Shown: positions 54,466-63,742 of the stretch, one piece after another
Position numbering within the stretch: position 1 is the first letter of the stretch
Layout: each line of letters opens with the position of its first letter
Source: an uncultured Fibrobacterota bacterium
GTDB taxonomy: Bacteria; Fibrobacterota; Chitinivibrionia; Chitinivibrionales; CAYFVL01
Length of the DNA stretch: 64,000 nucleotides
Direction of reading: 5' to 3'
NCBI GenBank assembly: GCA_964586285.1
Contig: CAZPHU010000007.1
Coordinates: 2,339-66,338 of the forward strand
Notes under the pieces: model-generated
What the model was told of the DNA's origin: nothing
The model's input: the letters and a program-made list of their open reading frames with translations, nothing else
The model's database searches: none
Program-made: the position numbers and the translations under genes

Positions 54466-55953
54466 ATGCCAGGAAAAAACGTCGTGGTTATAGGAGCCGG
54501 TCCCGGTGGTTTGACCAGCGCCATGCTTCTTGCCGCCAAAGGCTATTCGGTAACTGTTTTCGAGAAAGAAAACTATGTCGGAGGAAGAAACAGTACGTTA
54601 CAGCTCTCCGAATACAAGTTTGACCTTGGACCGACTTTCCTTATGATGGGCTTCGTTCTGCGGGAGATGTTTGAGCAAGTCGGCAGGAAAGCAGAAGATT
54701 ATCTGCGGTTTGAAAAAATTGACCCTATGTATCGTCTTACGTTTGTCGACAAACAGTTTGAATCAAGTAGTGATCCCCAAAAAATGAAAGAAACTATTCG
54801 GCGCTTTTTCCCCGGTCAGCAAAACGGTCTGGACAAATTTCTCAAGCAGGAGAAAAAACGATACGAACTAATGTACCCCTGTCTTCAACGTGATTATTCC
54901 ACTCTGTCCTCGATGTTTGCTAAACCTCTCATTAGGGCTCTCCCGCATCTTTCTATAGGTAAAAGCTTGTTTGACGAGCTTGGTACCTATTTTAATGATG
55001 ATCAATTGCGGGTTGCTTTTACCTTTCAAGCAAAATATCTGGGAATGTCGCCTTGGGAATGTCCGGCTCTATTTACCATAATACCATATGTCGAGCACGA
55101 GTTTGGAGTCGAGCATGTGCGGGGCGGCTTGAGCCGCATATCCGAAGCAATGGCTGATATAGCAAATAATGACGGTGCGCAAATTCATGTGGGCACAGGA
55201 GTCTCAAAGGTGCTTGTGGAGAACAAAAAAGTTAGGGGTATAATGCTTGAAAGTGGTGAGAAGGTCGCGGCTGATGCCGTAGTTATCAATGCGGATTTTG
55301 GATATGCAATGACACATCTGTTCGAACCGGGAGTGATTCGAAAATATACCCCTGAAAAACTTCGCCGAAGTTCGTACAGTTGCTCAACATTTATGCTGTA
55401 TATGGGACTTGATACCATTTACGATGAACCGCATCACAATATCTTGTTTGCCGAGGATTATAGACGAAATATCCAAGAGGTGACCTCAGACCATATCCTT
55501 AGTGATGATATGTCCATTTATATTCGAAACGCCTCCATTACCGATCCGGAGTTGGCACCCGAGGGGCATTCGGCTCTTTACGTTCTTGCTCCCGTACCAA
55601 ACATGCTGGCAAGTTTGGAGTGGAATAACGATTTGATTGCCGACTACAGGCAAAAGATATTAAAAAGAATTTCTTCGAGAACCTCCATGCATGATATAGA
55701 AAAACACATAGTTGCTGAAAAAATCATTACGCCTGCCGATTGGGAACGTGACTATTCGTTATTCCTTGGCTCAACTTTCAACCTCGGTCATAATTTGACC
55801 CAGATGCTCTATTTTCGTCCCCGTAATCGTTTCGAAGAGGTGAGGGGGTGTTATCTGGCAGGCGGCGGAACTCATCCCGGATCGGGGTTGCCCACGATTT
55901 ACGAATCAGCCAGGATAAGTACAAACCTGATCGCAGATGACTTTCCTTTGTAG
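54466..55953 (+). CDS. phytoene desaturase-family (CrtI/CrtN-like) FAD-dependent oxidoreductase
   Basis: 495 aa. VVIGAGPGGL dinucleotide motif and the C-terminal GGGTHPGSGLP signature of the CrtI family. Confidence 0.85.
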   Translation: MPGKNVVVIGAGPGGLTSAMLLAAKGYSVTVFEKENYVGGRNSTLQLSEYKFDLGPTFLMMGFVLREMFEQVGRKAEDYLRFEKIDPMYRLTFVDKQFESSSDPQKMKETIRRFFPGQQNGLDKFLKQEKKRYELMYPCLQRDYSTLSSMFAKPLIRALPHLSIGKSLFDELGTYFNDDQLRVAFTFQAKYLGMSPWECPALFTIIPYVEHEFGVEHVRGGLSRISEAMADIANNDGAQIHVGTGVSKVLVENKKVRGIMLESGEKVAADAVVINADFGYAMTHLFEPGVIRKYTPEKLRRSSYSCSTFMLYMGLDTIYDEPHHNILFAEDYRRNIQEVTSDHILSDDMSIYIRNASITDPELAPEGHSALYVLAPVPNMLASLEWNNDLIADYRQKILKRISSRTSMHDIEKHIVAEKIITPADWERDYSLFLGSTFNLGHNLTQMLYFRPRNRFEEVRGCYLAGGGTHPGSGLPTIYESARISTNLIADDFPL

Positions 55954-55968
55954 ACCTCAGACGGGCTG

Positions 55969-56625
55969 TTACTTGGAGAACTTTGTTTTTACTCCCACCC
56001 GTTTGCAATCATCATATATCGGGCAAATATTGCAGTGAGGGTTTACTGGAGTGCAGGTGTTTTGGCCAAAAGATACAAGATATGAGTTTATCGAAATCCA
56101 GAACTTTTGGGGAAGCTTTTTCCGAAGGTTCATTTCGGTTTCAAAAGGTGTTTTGGTTTTTACATATCCCAGACGATTCATTATTCGGTGAACATGAACA
56201 TCAACACATATCGCATGTTTGTTAAACCCTACCGCCACAACCAGATTGGCTGTTTTTCGTCCTACTCCCGGCAGCCTGGTTAAATCCTCGACATTTTCAG
56301 GTATTTTACCGTCAAACAGCTCTTCAAGGGCATATGGTAACTGCTTTAGGTAAACAGCCTTGTTTCTATAGAAACCAACCGGAAAAATAATCTCGCGCAA
56401 CTTCTGGGTGCTTATCGTTTTCAAATCCTGGAGTGTGGATACAACCGCAAACAGCCTTCCTACTGCTTCGGCGGTTGTAGAGTCTTTTGTGCGGGCCGAA
56501 AGAATCGTTGCGACCAACACCTTAAACGGGTCTTTTGTCTGTGCCGCAATAAGATCGACTATCGGCGTATGGTTTTGTTCGAACTCTCTTTTTAGAATTT
56601 CGTAAACGGCTGATATATCCGTCAT
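55969..56625 (-). CDS. nth: endonuclease III
   Basis: HhH-GPD (LPGVGRKTANLV) and the 4Fe-4S cluster loop CTPVNPHCNICPIYDDC. Confidence 0.95.
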   Translation of the reverse strand: MTDISAVYEILKREFEQNHTPIVDLIAAQTKDPFKVLVATILSARTKDSTTAEAVGRLFAVVSTLQDLKTISTQKLREIIFPVGFYRNKAVYLKQLPYALEELFDGKIPENVEDLTRLPGVGRKTANLVVAVGFNKHAICVDVHVHRIMNRLGYVKTKTPFETEMNLRKKLPQKFWISINSYLVSFGQNTCTPVNPHCNICPIYDDCKRVGVKTKFSK

Positions 56626-57740
56626 TGCCCAAGCTCGATGGAGAATCTTTTCCCCAGGATAAAGCGGAAAAAGAGTATGAAGCGATGTGCTGTAAAAGAA
56701 ACGTTATCGTTACCGTCGTCATCGGCCGGATTTATACGTCTTCTTTTAAGAGGGATGTCACCGTCTCTAAAGCCGCCCATCCAATGTCCCTGATATACAA
56801 CGTTGATTTCCGCACCACGGCCGGGAGTAATTTCACGCATCGTGCTTAACCCTATTCGCCAGCTGATGCCTCTGCCTATATAGGTGTCTTGATCCGATAC
56901 TTGGGGGGTATTGATTGTTTTTTCCCGTTGCTGGTGATTGAGAATAAGAAATGGAGCAAAAGCGGCACCGACGTTTATCATAGTACGATCCACAGCATCA
57001 ATGCTGAAATAGCGCTCGGGCAATTCGCGATAGTAGTTCGCTCCTATTCCAACATACCATAACCTCAACCGATAATCTATCTCACTGTAAACAACGGAAG
57101 TATCCCGCCACTGCGCCTCATACCGTTTGCCCATTGTCCAGGCGGTCAGTTCCACCGCAACCGACTGCTGGGTGTCGGAAGGAATATGATAAACCAAAGA
57201 AAGCGGAAATGATGTGTTATATGTGGGGAAGTCCTGCTGTACGTTCACCCGTCTTGTAACCGTATCGGATTGGTAAACAAACGATCTGCTCGAATCGGGC
57301 AAGCCCTCCTGCCAAAGGTCAAAGACAGGCATTGCGCCTAATGACCAACCCATCCCGGCGGCCCAAAATGGATTATCCCATATCTTAATGGTAGTATCAA
57401 GCAGGGGATATTGAACCTCGGGTTGTTCTTCGTCGATGTCGGCGGTATCGAGGGTATCGACCATCGTATCGAGTGGTGAGGAGAGGGTATCGTAGAACTC
57501 CTCTTTGGCATCACTTCCACTAGTCGGAATACTGTCCATGGGAGCTGCCTCGCGCGGAATCGGCTCCTCCTGAATCGACTCTTGTTCCAGTGTATCTTCT
57601 TGTGCTTGTTCTTCCTGCTCGCCCTGCTGAGCAATAATCGAATCGGTTTGGGTATCTTCCGGTTGAGAGAAAACCGCTGAAACTAAGCAGAAAACGATAC
57701 AGAAGAGAAGTTTATCTCGCGGCATAATTCGAATCAGCAT
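56622..57740 (-). CDS. hypothetical secreted protein with acidic low-complexity N-terminal region and beta-rich C-terminal domain
   Basis: 372 aa. Signal peptide (alternative ATG at 57725). About 110 aa rich in E/D/Q/T, then a W/Y-rich beta pattern. Overlaps both neighbours by 4-7 nt. Confidence 0.5.
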   Translation of the reverse strand: MLIRIMPRDKLLFCIVFCLVSAVFSQPEDTQTDSIIAQQGEQEEQAQEDTLEQESIQEEPIPREAAPMDSIPTSGSDAKEEFYDTLSSPLDTMVDTLDTADIDEEQPEVQYPLLDTTIKIWDNPFWAAGMGWSLGAMPVFDLWQEGLPDSSRSFVYQSDTVTRRVNVQQDFPTYNTSFPLSLVYHIPSDTQQSVAVELTAWTMGKRYEAQWRDTSVVYSEIDYRLRLWYVGIGANYYRELPERYFSIDAVDRTMINVGAAFAPFLILNHQQREKTINTPQVSDQDTYIGRGISWRIGLSTMREITPGRGAEINVVYQGHWMGGFRDGDIPLKRRRINPADDDGNDNVSFTAHRFILFFRFILGKRFSIELGQ

Positions 57741-59455
57741 ACTTTCTTTGATTTGTTGTGTTTAACAAAATAGATTCCGTTGCCTTTGCTGTTTTGTCCG
57801 TATTCATCCGCAAAAGAACGTATGAGGTGTACCCCCCGTCCACCTTCACGCAAAATAAGTTCGGGTTCGGTCGGATCGGGGATATTCTTTAAATTAAATC
57901 CCGGACCTTCATCAACAACGCATACTTTTGCGCTGGATTTAGAAACCGTATATGCTACCTTTACTTTCTTGGCCGGATCATTTCTGTTGCCGTGCTCCAG
58001 CCCGTTGGAAATAAGCTCGTTGATACACATCTCTATTTTTTTGATGTTATCATTCGGGTAGCCGTTTTGTTGCAGGCGGCGGGATAAAGGATCGAAAAGA
58101 AAATCCATTCCGTACTGTGGCTGTACGGTAAAGAGGGCAATGTCGTCGTCAGGATGGAAACCGGGCAGCTGTTCGGTAAGGTCGGCCGTCTTCTCTTCGG
58201 TGATTTCAAAGACAATTACCGTGAAATCGTCGTCGTAAGAAAAACCCGACAGGCGACTACGAAGAGTAGGAAGGATTTTTTCAAAAGGCTCATTGTTAAC
58301 CGAAGCAACTACTTCGATGAATTGTTTATAGCCAAGCATTTTTGATTTATCTTCCGGGCTTTTACCCGCTTCGTATATACCGTCGGTGCACAGATAGCAT
58401 CTGTCACCCTTATTGAAATGAAACACCTTCTGCTCATATTGTGTGTTCTCGACTATGCCCGCGAAAGTGCCGGATGCATCCAGTTGTATTCGCTTCCCGT
58501 TGGCCCTTATAACTATAGGCTGAGGATGGCCGGCACGGGCGTAAGTAAAACTATTGTCGTTGCGATCGAATACACCCCAAAAACAGGTAAGGTAATGACC
58601 CACTGCCCTCTCATGCAGATTATTCACAAGGTCGCGATTGATATTTTCCAGCAAATTGTGTGCACTGATCTCCTGTCTGGTATGACTAAAAAGCGACATC
58701 TTGGAGATTGTGCTCACTAATGCTGCTGCAAGACCATGGCCTGAAGCGTCACCTATGAAAATGCCCACCCTTGAATCGCTGAAAGGAATGAAATCATATA
58801 AATCGCCCCCTACTGCTTCAACCGGATTGTATATATGAGCAATCTTCATCCCCCCAATGACTGGGGCCTTTTCGGGAAGAGTACTTTGCTGAACCTGACG
58901 CGCCAGGTCCAGCTTCTCATCCATTTCCTTCTTGGCTTTTGACAATATGCGGCTGGTTTCGGCAAGCATCCTGTTACGCCGTTCGAGATCGGTGCGCATA
59001 TTCTCAAGTTCCGTGACATCCCTGATGTGTTCCACCACAAAGCGTCTGTGAACAGATGTCCCCGAGAAGGGATAAAAAGTAAATGAAACCGCTCTGTTTG
59101 TTGATTTGGGATGAGTCGAAATCGGCACATACTGCCGTTTCCCCGTCTCCAAGGTCTCCATCATGCGACAATCCTCGCAGGGGGAGGTGCGTCCACGAAG
59201 CACATCATAGCATTTTCGCGAAAGGATCTCCCTGTAATTGCCGCCTGTCATCTCCGCATATGCTTTATTGACGCGATGGATAACATAGCTTTCATCGATG
59301 GTTGCGGTGGGAGAATCGATGGAATCAAAGGTGGATTCAAGCTGATGCTTACTTTTTTTGATCCTTCGCGATTGCATCAGGCGTATAATCACCAATACGC
59401 AGACAATAATTATGATGCTCTGTACGATGAGTGCTGCTATTACGGGTGATGTCAT
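57734..59455 (-). CDS. membrane-anchored PAS / PP2C (SpoIIE-type) phosphatase / RsbW-like HATPase fusion protein
   Basis: 573 aa. N-terminal TM helix, PAS with a Cys triad (KCYDVLRGRTSPCEDC), PP2C block (GGDLYDF...GDASGHG), and C-terminal GHKL ATPase (NGLEHGN...DEGPGF...GGRGVHL). Confidence 0.85.
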   Translation of the reverse strand: MTSPVIAALIVQSIIIIVCVLVIIRLMQSRRIKKSKHQLESTFDSIDSPTATIDESYVIHRVNKAYAEMTGGNYREILSRKCYDVLRGRTSPCEDCRMMETLETGKRQYVPISTHPKSTNRAVSFTFYPFSGTSVHRRFVVEHIRDVTELENMRTDLERRNRMLAETSRILSKAKKEMDEKLDLARQVQQSTLPEKAPVIGGMKIAHIYNPVEAVGGDLYDFIPFSDSRVGIFIGDASGHGLAAALVSTISKMSLFSHTRQEISAHNLLENINRDLVNNLHERAVGHYLTCFWGVFDRNDNSFTYARAGHPQPIVIRANGKRIQLDASGTFAGIVENTQYEQKVFHFNKGDRCYLCTDGIYEAGKSPEDKSKMLGYKQFIEVVASVNNEPFEKILPTLRSRLSGFSYDDDFTVIVFEITEEKTADLTEQLPGFHPDDDIALFTVQPQYGMDFLFDPLSRRLQQNGYPNDNIKKIEMCINELISNGLEHGNRNDPAKKVKVAYTVSKSSAKVCVVDEGPGFNLKNIPDPTEPELILREGGRGVHLIRSFADEYGQNSKGNGIYFVKHNKSKKVC

Positions 59456-59460
59456 TTGCG

Positions 59461-60168
59461 TTATTGCCTGGGTTGGGGTTTGTGTCTAAGTTCGGCCGCG
59501 GATTGCTGCAGATATCGTGGAAGCAGCTGCTCAAGGGCGACCGGAGAGTTTCCTTCATCACGTGATTGGCGGGCGCACCGGGCTGCGGCAAGTCCCCGTT
59601 GAACCGGAAAGTGTTCGAGTTCAAAAGAGTTTCGGCATCCTTTGAGAAATGAAAAAGCACTGCTTCGCCCATACCCTAATGTATCGGTAAGAACAGTGTC
59701 GCTTTGCTCAATACCGGCTCTGAAATCCTGCGTATGCATGAGTGTGTCTTCGGTTAGACGCTCCACAATCTTATCTGTTTTATGGAATCGAGCGGAAAAA
59801 ACGCGATCGTTTCGCGCATCCAGAGCCGCTGTTATAGTCGATTCTCTTGTATTCCAAGCCATTGCAATAGCCTCAAGCGAAGAGATCGCATAAAGTTCAA
59901 CCGCTCTGGTGAGGAATAGACCCTTTATGAACGAAATGCCTATTCTCAGGCCGGTGAATGAACCGGGGCCGACTGTGACCCCGGCTGCAACAATATCTTC
60001 AGGCCTGATTCTGTTGTTGTTGAGGATAAAACTTATCCCTTCGGTGATGTGCTCCGCATGCGAATTCCTCAAATACCGGCTGAAGGCGGCAACCGGTTTT
60101 CCGTCCAGAAGTAACCCTATACCCAATTCTATCGAAGAAGTATCTATGCCAAGAATCCATTCCTTCAT
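59461..60168 (-). CDS. tsaB: tRNA threonylcarbamoyladenosine biosynthesis protein TsaB
   Basis: 235 aa. ILGIDTSS and GPGSFTGLRIG motifs. Confidence 0.85.
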   Translation of the reverse strand: MKEWILGIDTSSIELGIGLLLDGKPVAAFSRYLRNSHAEHITEGISFILNNNRIRPEDIVAAGVTVGPGSFTGLRIGISFIKGLFLTRAVELYAISSLEAIAMAWNTRESTITAALDARNDRVFSARFHKTDKIVERLTEDTLMHTQDFRAGIEQSDTVLTDTLGYGRSSAFSFLKGCRNSFELEHFPVQRGLAAARCARQSRDEGNSPVALEQLLPRYLQQSAAELRHKPQPRQ

Positions 60169-61202
60169 TTTGCATCTTTATCCGGGGAATGTGCACTGCG
60201 AATTAGAATATCGAGCAGCTCAGTGTATGTCCCTCCCGAGGCGGCAAATGACTTCGGTGCAAGAGAATTACTTGTCAGACCGGGTAATGTGTTTATTTCC
60301 AGAACAAAGAGTTCGTCATTTCGAACCATGATATCTGTACGGGACAGTCCGCGACAGCCCAAAAATGTATGTACTGTCAGTGCCGCCTGTTGAATACGTG
60401 CGGTCAAATCGCTCGAACAGGGGGCAGGCACAATCTCCTTACATGCCCCGGAAGTGTATTTTGCTTCATAGTCGAAGAAATCTCCTTCCCGAGGCTGAAT
60501 CAAAATAGGGGAAAGAGGCTTAAGAGTGCCGTCGGGCAGTGAAAGAATCGGGCAAGAGTATTCATCACCCACAATCGCACTTTCGATCAGAATCATTTCC
60601 GCGTGCTTCTTGAATTCCTCTATCAGATTTTTCAGCTCATTCCGTGAGGTTGCCCGACCCATCAAGCGGCTGGAACCCGATTGCGGGCACTTGACATAGC
60701 AGGGGAATTGATGTTTTTGGACAAGTCTCTCAAGCTGCTCGGATGTATCGGCCGCACTGATAACCGTGTATGGCGGTGTGTTTACACCAAACTGCTCGCA
60801 TAACTGTTTGGTGGTGATTTTGTTCATTCCAACCGCACTCGCATATACTCCGGAGCCGGTGTAGGGGACGTTTATCGTTTCAAGAAAACCTTGAAAGAGA
60901 CCGTCTTCGCCGAATTCTCCATGCAAAGCAAGGAATGCTGCATCGCAGTCATGCCAGATTTCTCTACTCTCGGTAATACCGATTGGTCCTCTGAACTCAT
61001 CCGATGAACCCGGGTCCTGGAGAGCCTCCGCGGAGGGAATATATCCGCTTTTATCACAATAGTAAAATGTCTTATCCCGAGTTATAACAACCGTACGAGG
61101 GCTGTATACGCTTCGGTCTATGTGCAAAAGCACCTCTCTCCCGGTGGAAAGAGAAACTTCATGTTCCGCCGACGGACCACCCATTACTACGTTTATTTTC
61201 AT
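60165..61202 (-). CDS. ddl: D-alanine--D-alanine ligase
   Basis: 345 aa. EHEVSLSTG, ALHGEFGEDG and the ATP-grasp C-terminal EINTLPG motif. Confidence 0.95.
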   Translation of the reverse strand: MKINVVMGGPSAEHEVSLSTGREVLLHIDRSVYSPRTVVITRDKTFYYCDKSGYIPSAEALQDPGSSDEFRGPIGITESREIWHDCDAAFLALHGEFGEDGLFQGFLETINVPYTGSGVYASAVGMNKITTKQLCEQFGVNTPPYTVISAADTSEQLERLVQKHQFPCYVKCPQSGSSRLMGRATSRNELKNLIEEFKKHAEMILIESAIVGDEYSCPILSLPDGTLKPLSPILIQPREGDFFDYEAKYTSGACKEIVPAPCSSDLTARIQQAALTVHTFLGCRGLSRTDIMVRNDELFVLEINTLPGLTSNSLAPKSFAASGGTYTELLDILIRSAHSPDKDAK

Positions 61203-61249
61203 GTAGAGAATCTCCGGAAAATGTTGATGCCGGTTTATTCGGCTTGAAT

Positions 61250-61284
61250 GACAGTCGCCGGCCGGCGGATGCAGGCCGGCTGTC
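61250..61284 (-). terminator. GC-rich hairpin immediately after the glyQS stop (terminator candidate, poor U-tract)
   Basis: GACAGCCGGCC...GGCCGGCGACTGTC on the minus strand, a ~12-bp stem with one bulge. Confidence 0.4.
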
Positions 61285-61285
61285 T

Positions 61286-62746
61286 TTATAAATTATCCAT
61301 CAGAAATACTTTTGCATTCTCAAGGGGTATACGCTGCTGGGCCATCGTATTTCGATCGCGAACCGTTATCGTCTGATCGTCCAGAGTCTGAGAATCCACG
61401 GTCAGGCAATAAGGTGTACCGATTTCATCCTGTCTGCGATAGCGACGGCCGATTGCTCCCGAATCATCATAGAATACGCGGAAATATTTCTGCAAGTCTT
61501 CAAACAGATTTTTAGCCTTTTCATCCATTCCGTCACGGTTAACCAGGGGAAGAACAGCCGCTTTCATCGGAGCAATGCGAGGATGAAACTTCAGAACGGT
61601 TCTTTTTTCCATGGTCCCTTTTGCCGATTCGACTTCCTCTTCCGCATAAGCGGCCGCCAAAAAGGCCATCAATGATCGGCTGGCGCCTACCGAAGTTTCG
61701 ATCACGTAGGGTACATAGTGCTGCTTGTTTTGATCGTCGAAGTATTTCATGCTTTTGCCTGAAAACTCTTCGTGGCGAGACAAGTCAAAATCGGTTCGGC
61801 TGTGAATGCCTTCTATTTCTCCCCACCCAAATGGGAACTTGTACTGAATGTCGTATGCGGCTTTGGCATAATGGGCCAGTTTTTCATGTTTGTGCCAGCG
61901 AAGACTGTCCGGGGTCATTCCAAGCTCAAGAAACCAGTTCATACGCTTTTCGCGCCAATATTCAAACCATTCATCCTCCTGACCCGGTGTGACAAAATAC
62001 TGCATCTCCATCTGTTCGAATTCACGGGTGCGGAAAAGGAAGTTCTTCGTGTTGATTTCGTTTCGGAAAGCCTTGCCAATCTGCGCTATACCGAAGGGAA
62101 GTTTCTGGCGGGTCGAGTTGAGTACGTTTAGAAAATTTACGAATATTCCCTGGGCGGTTTCGGGACGTAGATAGACCTCTGAGCCGCCGTCCTGCACAGG
62201 ACCGACAAACGTTTTGAACATAAGATTGAATTGGCGTGCTTCGGTAAAGGTCTCTTTTTGGCCGCAAGATGGACAGGTGACGTATTGCTGGACCAGTTTG
62301 CCGGCCTGAACATCATCCGCCGCAAGCGCCTCAAAATCATCCTCGATCCTTTCGGAACTCTGTTGACCGCCGTATTTTTCCGGGTCCAATGCTCGAAGGA
62401 TTTTTTTCTTATTCTTAAGAGAAAGTTCCTCTAAAAGTATATCGAGCCTGAATCGTGCCTTACAATTCTTGCAATCTACCATCGGATCGGTAAAATTACT
62501 TACGTGACCGGATGCTTCCCAGACTTTCGGATGCATCAAAATGGCTGCGTCCAACCCCTCGACATCCGAGCGATAGGTCATTTCGCGCCACCATGCCTGT
62601 TTGATATTGTTTAGCAACTCAACGCCAAGGGGGCCGTAATCCCAACACCCATTCAAGCCGCCGTAAATCTCCGAAGACTGGAAGATAAATCCCCGCCGTT
62701 TACTTAGACTCACAATGGTAGACATCACATCTTGCGCTTTGGCCAT
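61286..62746 (-). CDS. glyQS: glycine--tRNA ligase (class II, homodimeric type)
   Basis: 486 aa. Class II motifs (YLRPETAQG, FRNE, GIGASR-like ETSVGASR) and a C-terminal anticodon-binding domain. Confidence 0.95.
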   Translation of the reverse strand: MAKAQDVMSTIVSLSKRRGFIFQSSEIYGGLNGCWDYGPLGVELLNNIKQAWWREMTYRSDVEGLDAAILMHPKVWEASGHVSNFTDPMVDCKNCKARFRLDILLEELSLKNKKKILRALDPEKYGGQQSSERIEDDFEALAADDVQAGKLVQQYVTCPSCGQKETFTEARQFNLMFKTFVGPVQDGGSEVYLRPETAQGIFVNFLNVLNSTRQKLPFGIAQIGKAFRNEINTKNFLFRTREFEQMEMQYFVTPGQEDEWFEYWREKRMNWFLELGMTPDSLRWHKHEKLAHYAKAAYDIQYKFPFGWGEIEGIHSRTDFDLSRHEEFSGKSMKYFDDQNKQHYVPYVIETSVGASRSLMAFLAAAYAEEEVESAKGTMEKRTVLKFHPRIAPMKAAVLPLVNRDGMDEKAKNLFEDLQKYFRVFYDDSGAIGRRYRRQDEIGTPYCLTVDSQTLDDQTITVRDRNTMAQQRIPLENAKVFLMDNL

Positions 62747-62776
62747 GCAGAAAATCCTTTCTCTCTGTAGATTTTT

Positions 62777-63742
62777 TTATTGAATGTTTTCCAGATTCTT
62801 TTGAATACGTTCCTTTATGGGCTTTTCAACCGCTGGCGTAAATTCCTTTCCGGAAATCATTTCATACAGCTTTATGTATCTGCTCGACAGTTCAGTAATA
62901 AGTTCAACCGGGGCGTCCGGAAGTTTCGAATCGTTGTAGGGATCGCAATGATCTTTAAACCACAGACGCAGGAATTCTTTGTCGATATTCTCCGGCTCCT
63001 TGCCCTGCGAAAATCGCTGTTCATAACTGTCGGCAAGCCAGTATCTGGAAGAATCCGGTGTGTGAATCTCATCGATGAGAGTGATTTCACCATCGCTGTC
63101 CAGACCGAGTTCATACTTGGTATCAACCAGTATCAGACCGTGTTCGCCTGCTATTTTCCGTCCCCTTTCGAACAGAGCGAAAACTATTTCCGACAGACGA
63201 TCCCAAGTCTTTTTATCTATTATTTCTCTATCGATGATTTCCTGGGCCGATATTGATTCGTCGTGTTCTTCGGACTTTGTCGTCGGAGTCAGAATAGGCG
63301 AATCGAATTTCTGATTTTTAACCATTCCGTCGGGTAGAACATTTCCACAGATAACACGCCGACCTTTTTCATACTGAGTCCACGCGGAAGTGGAGGTCGA
63401 GCCGGTCAGATAGCCGCGCATAACGAACTCGACGGGAAACGGCCTGCACTTTTTTGCCACCGTCACATTTGGGTCGGGAATATCGATCACATGATTCTTA
63501 ACAATATCCCTGGTCTCATCAAACCAGAACCCGCTTACCTGATTAAGTACCTGCCCCTTGAAAGGAACCAGCGCAAGAATACGATCGAAGGCGCTCTGGC
63601 GATCGGTGGTTACCAGAACGAGCTTGTCGCCCAGATCGAATGAATCTCTAACCTTTCCCTGCTTGAGATTTGGAAGCGAAAGGAATGATACATCACTTAA
63701 GCAGTTGCTTATGTTCTTTTGTATCATGTTTTTAGAAACCAT
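62777..63742 (-). CDS. purC: phosphoribosylaminoimidazole-succinocarboxamide synthase (long form)
   Basis: GKVRDSF, TTDRQSAFD and LVDTKYELG motifs. ATG at 63742 (MVSKNM...) preferred over the upstream start at 63814 in the track. Confidence 0.9.
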   Translation of the reverse strand: MVSKNMIQKNISNCLSDVSFLSLPNLKQGKVRDSFDLGDKLVLVTTDRQSAFDRILALVPFKGQVLNQVSGFWFDETRDIVKNHVIDIPDPNVTVAKKCRPFPVEFVMRGYLTGSTSTSAWTQYEKGRRVICGNVLPDGMVKNQKFDSPILTPTTKSEEHDESISAQEIIDREIIDKKTWDRLSEIVFALFERGRKIAGEHGLILVDTKYELGLDSDGEITLIDEIHTPDSSRYWLADSYEQRFSQGKEPENIDKEFLRLWFKDHCDPYNDSKLPDAPVELITELSSRYIKLYEMISGKEFTPAVEKPIKERIQKNLENIQ

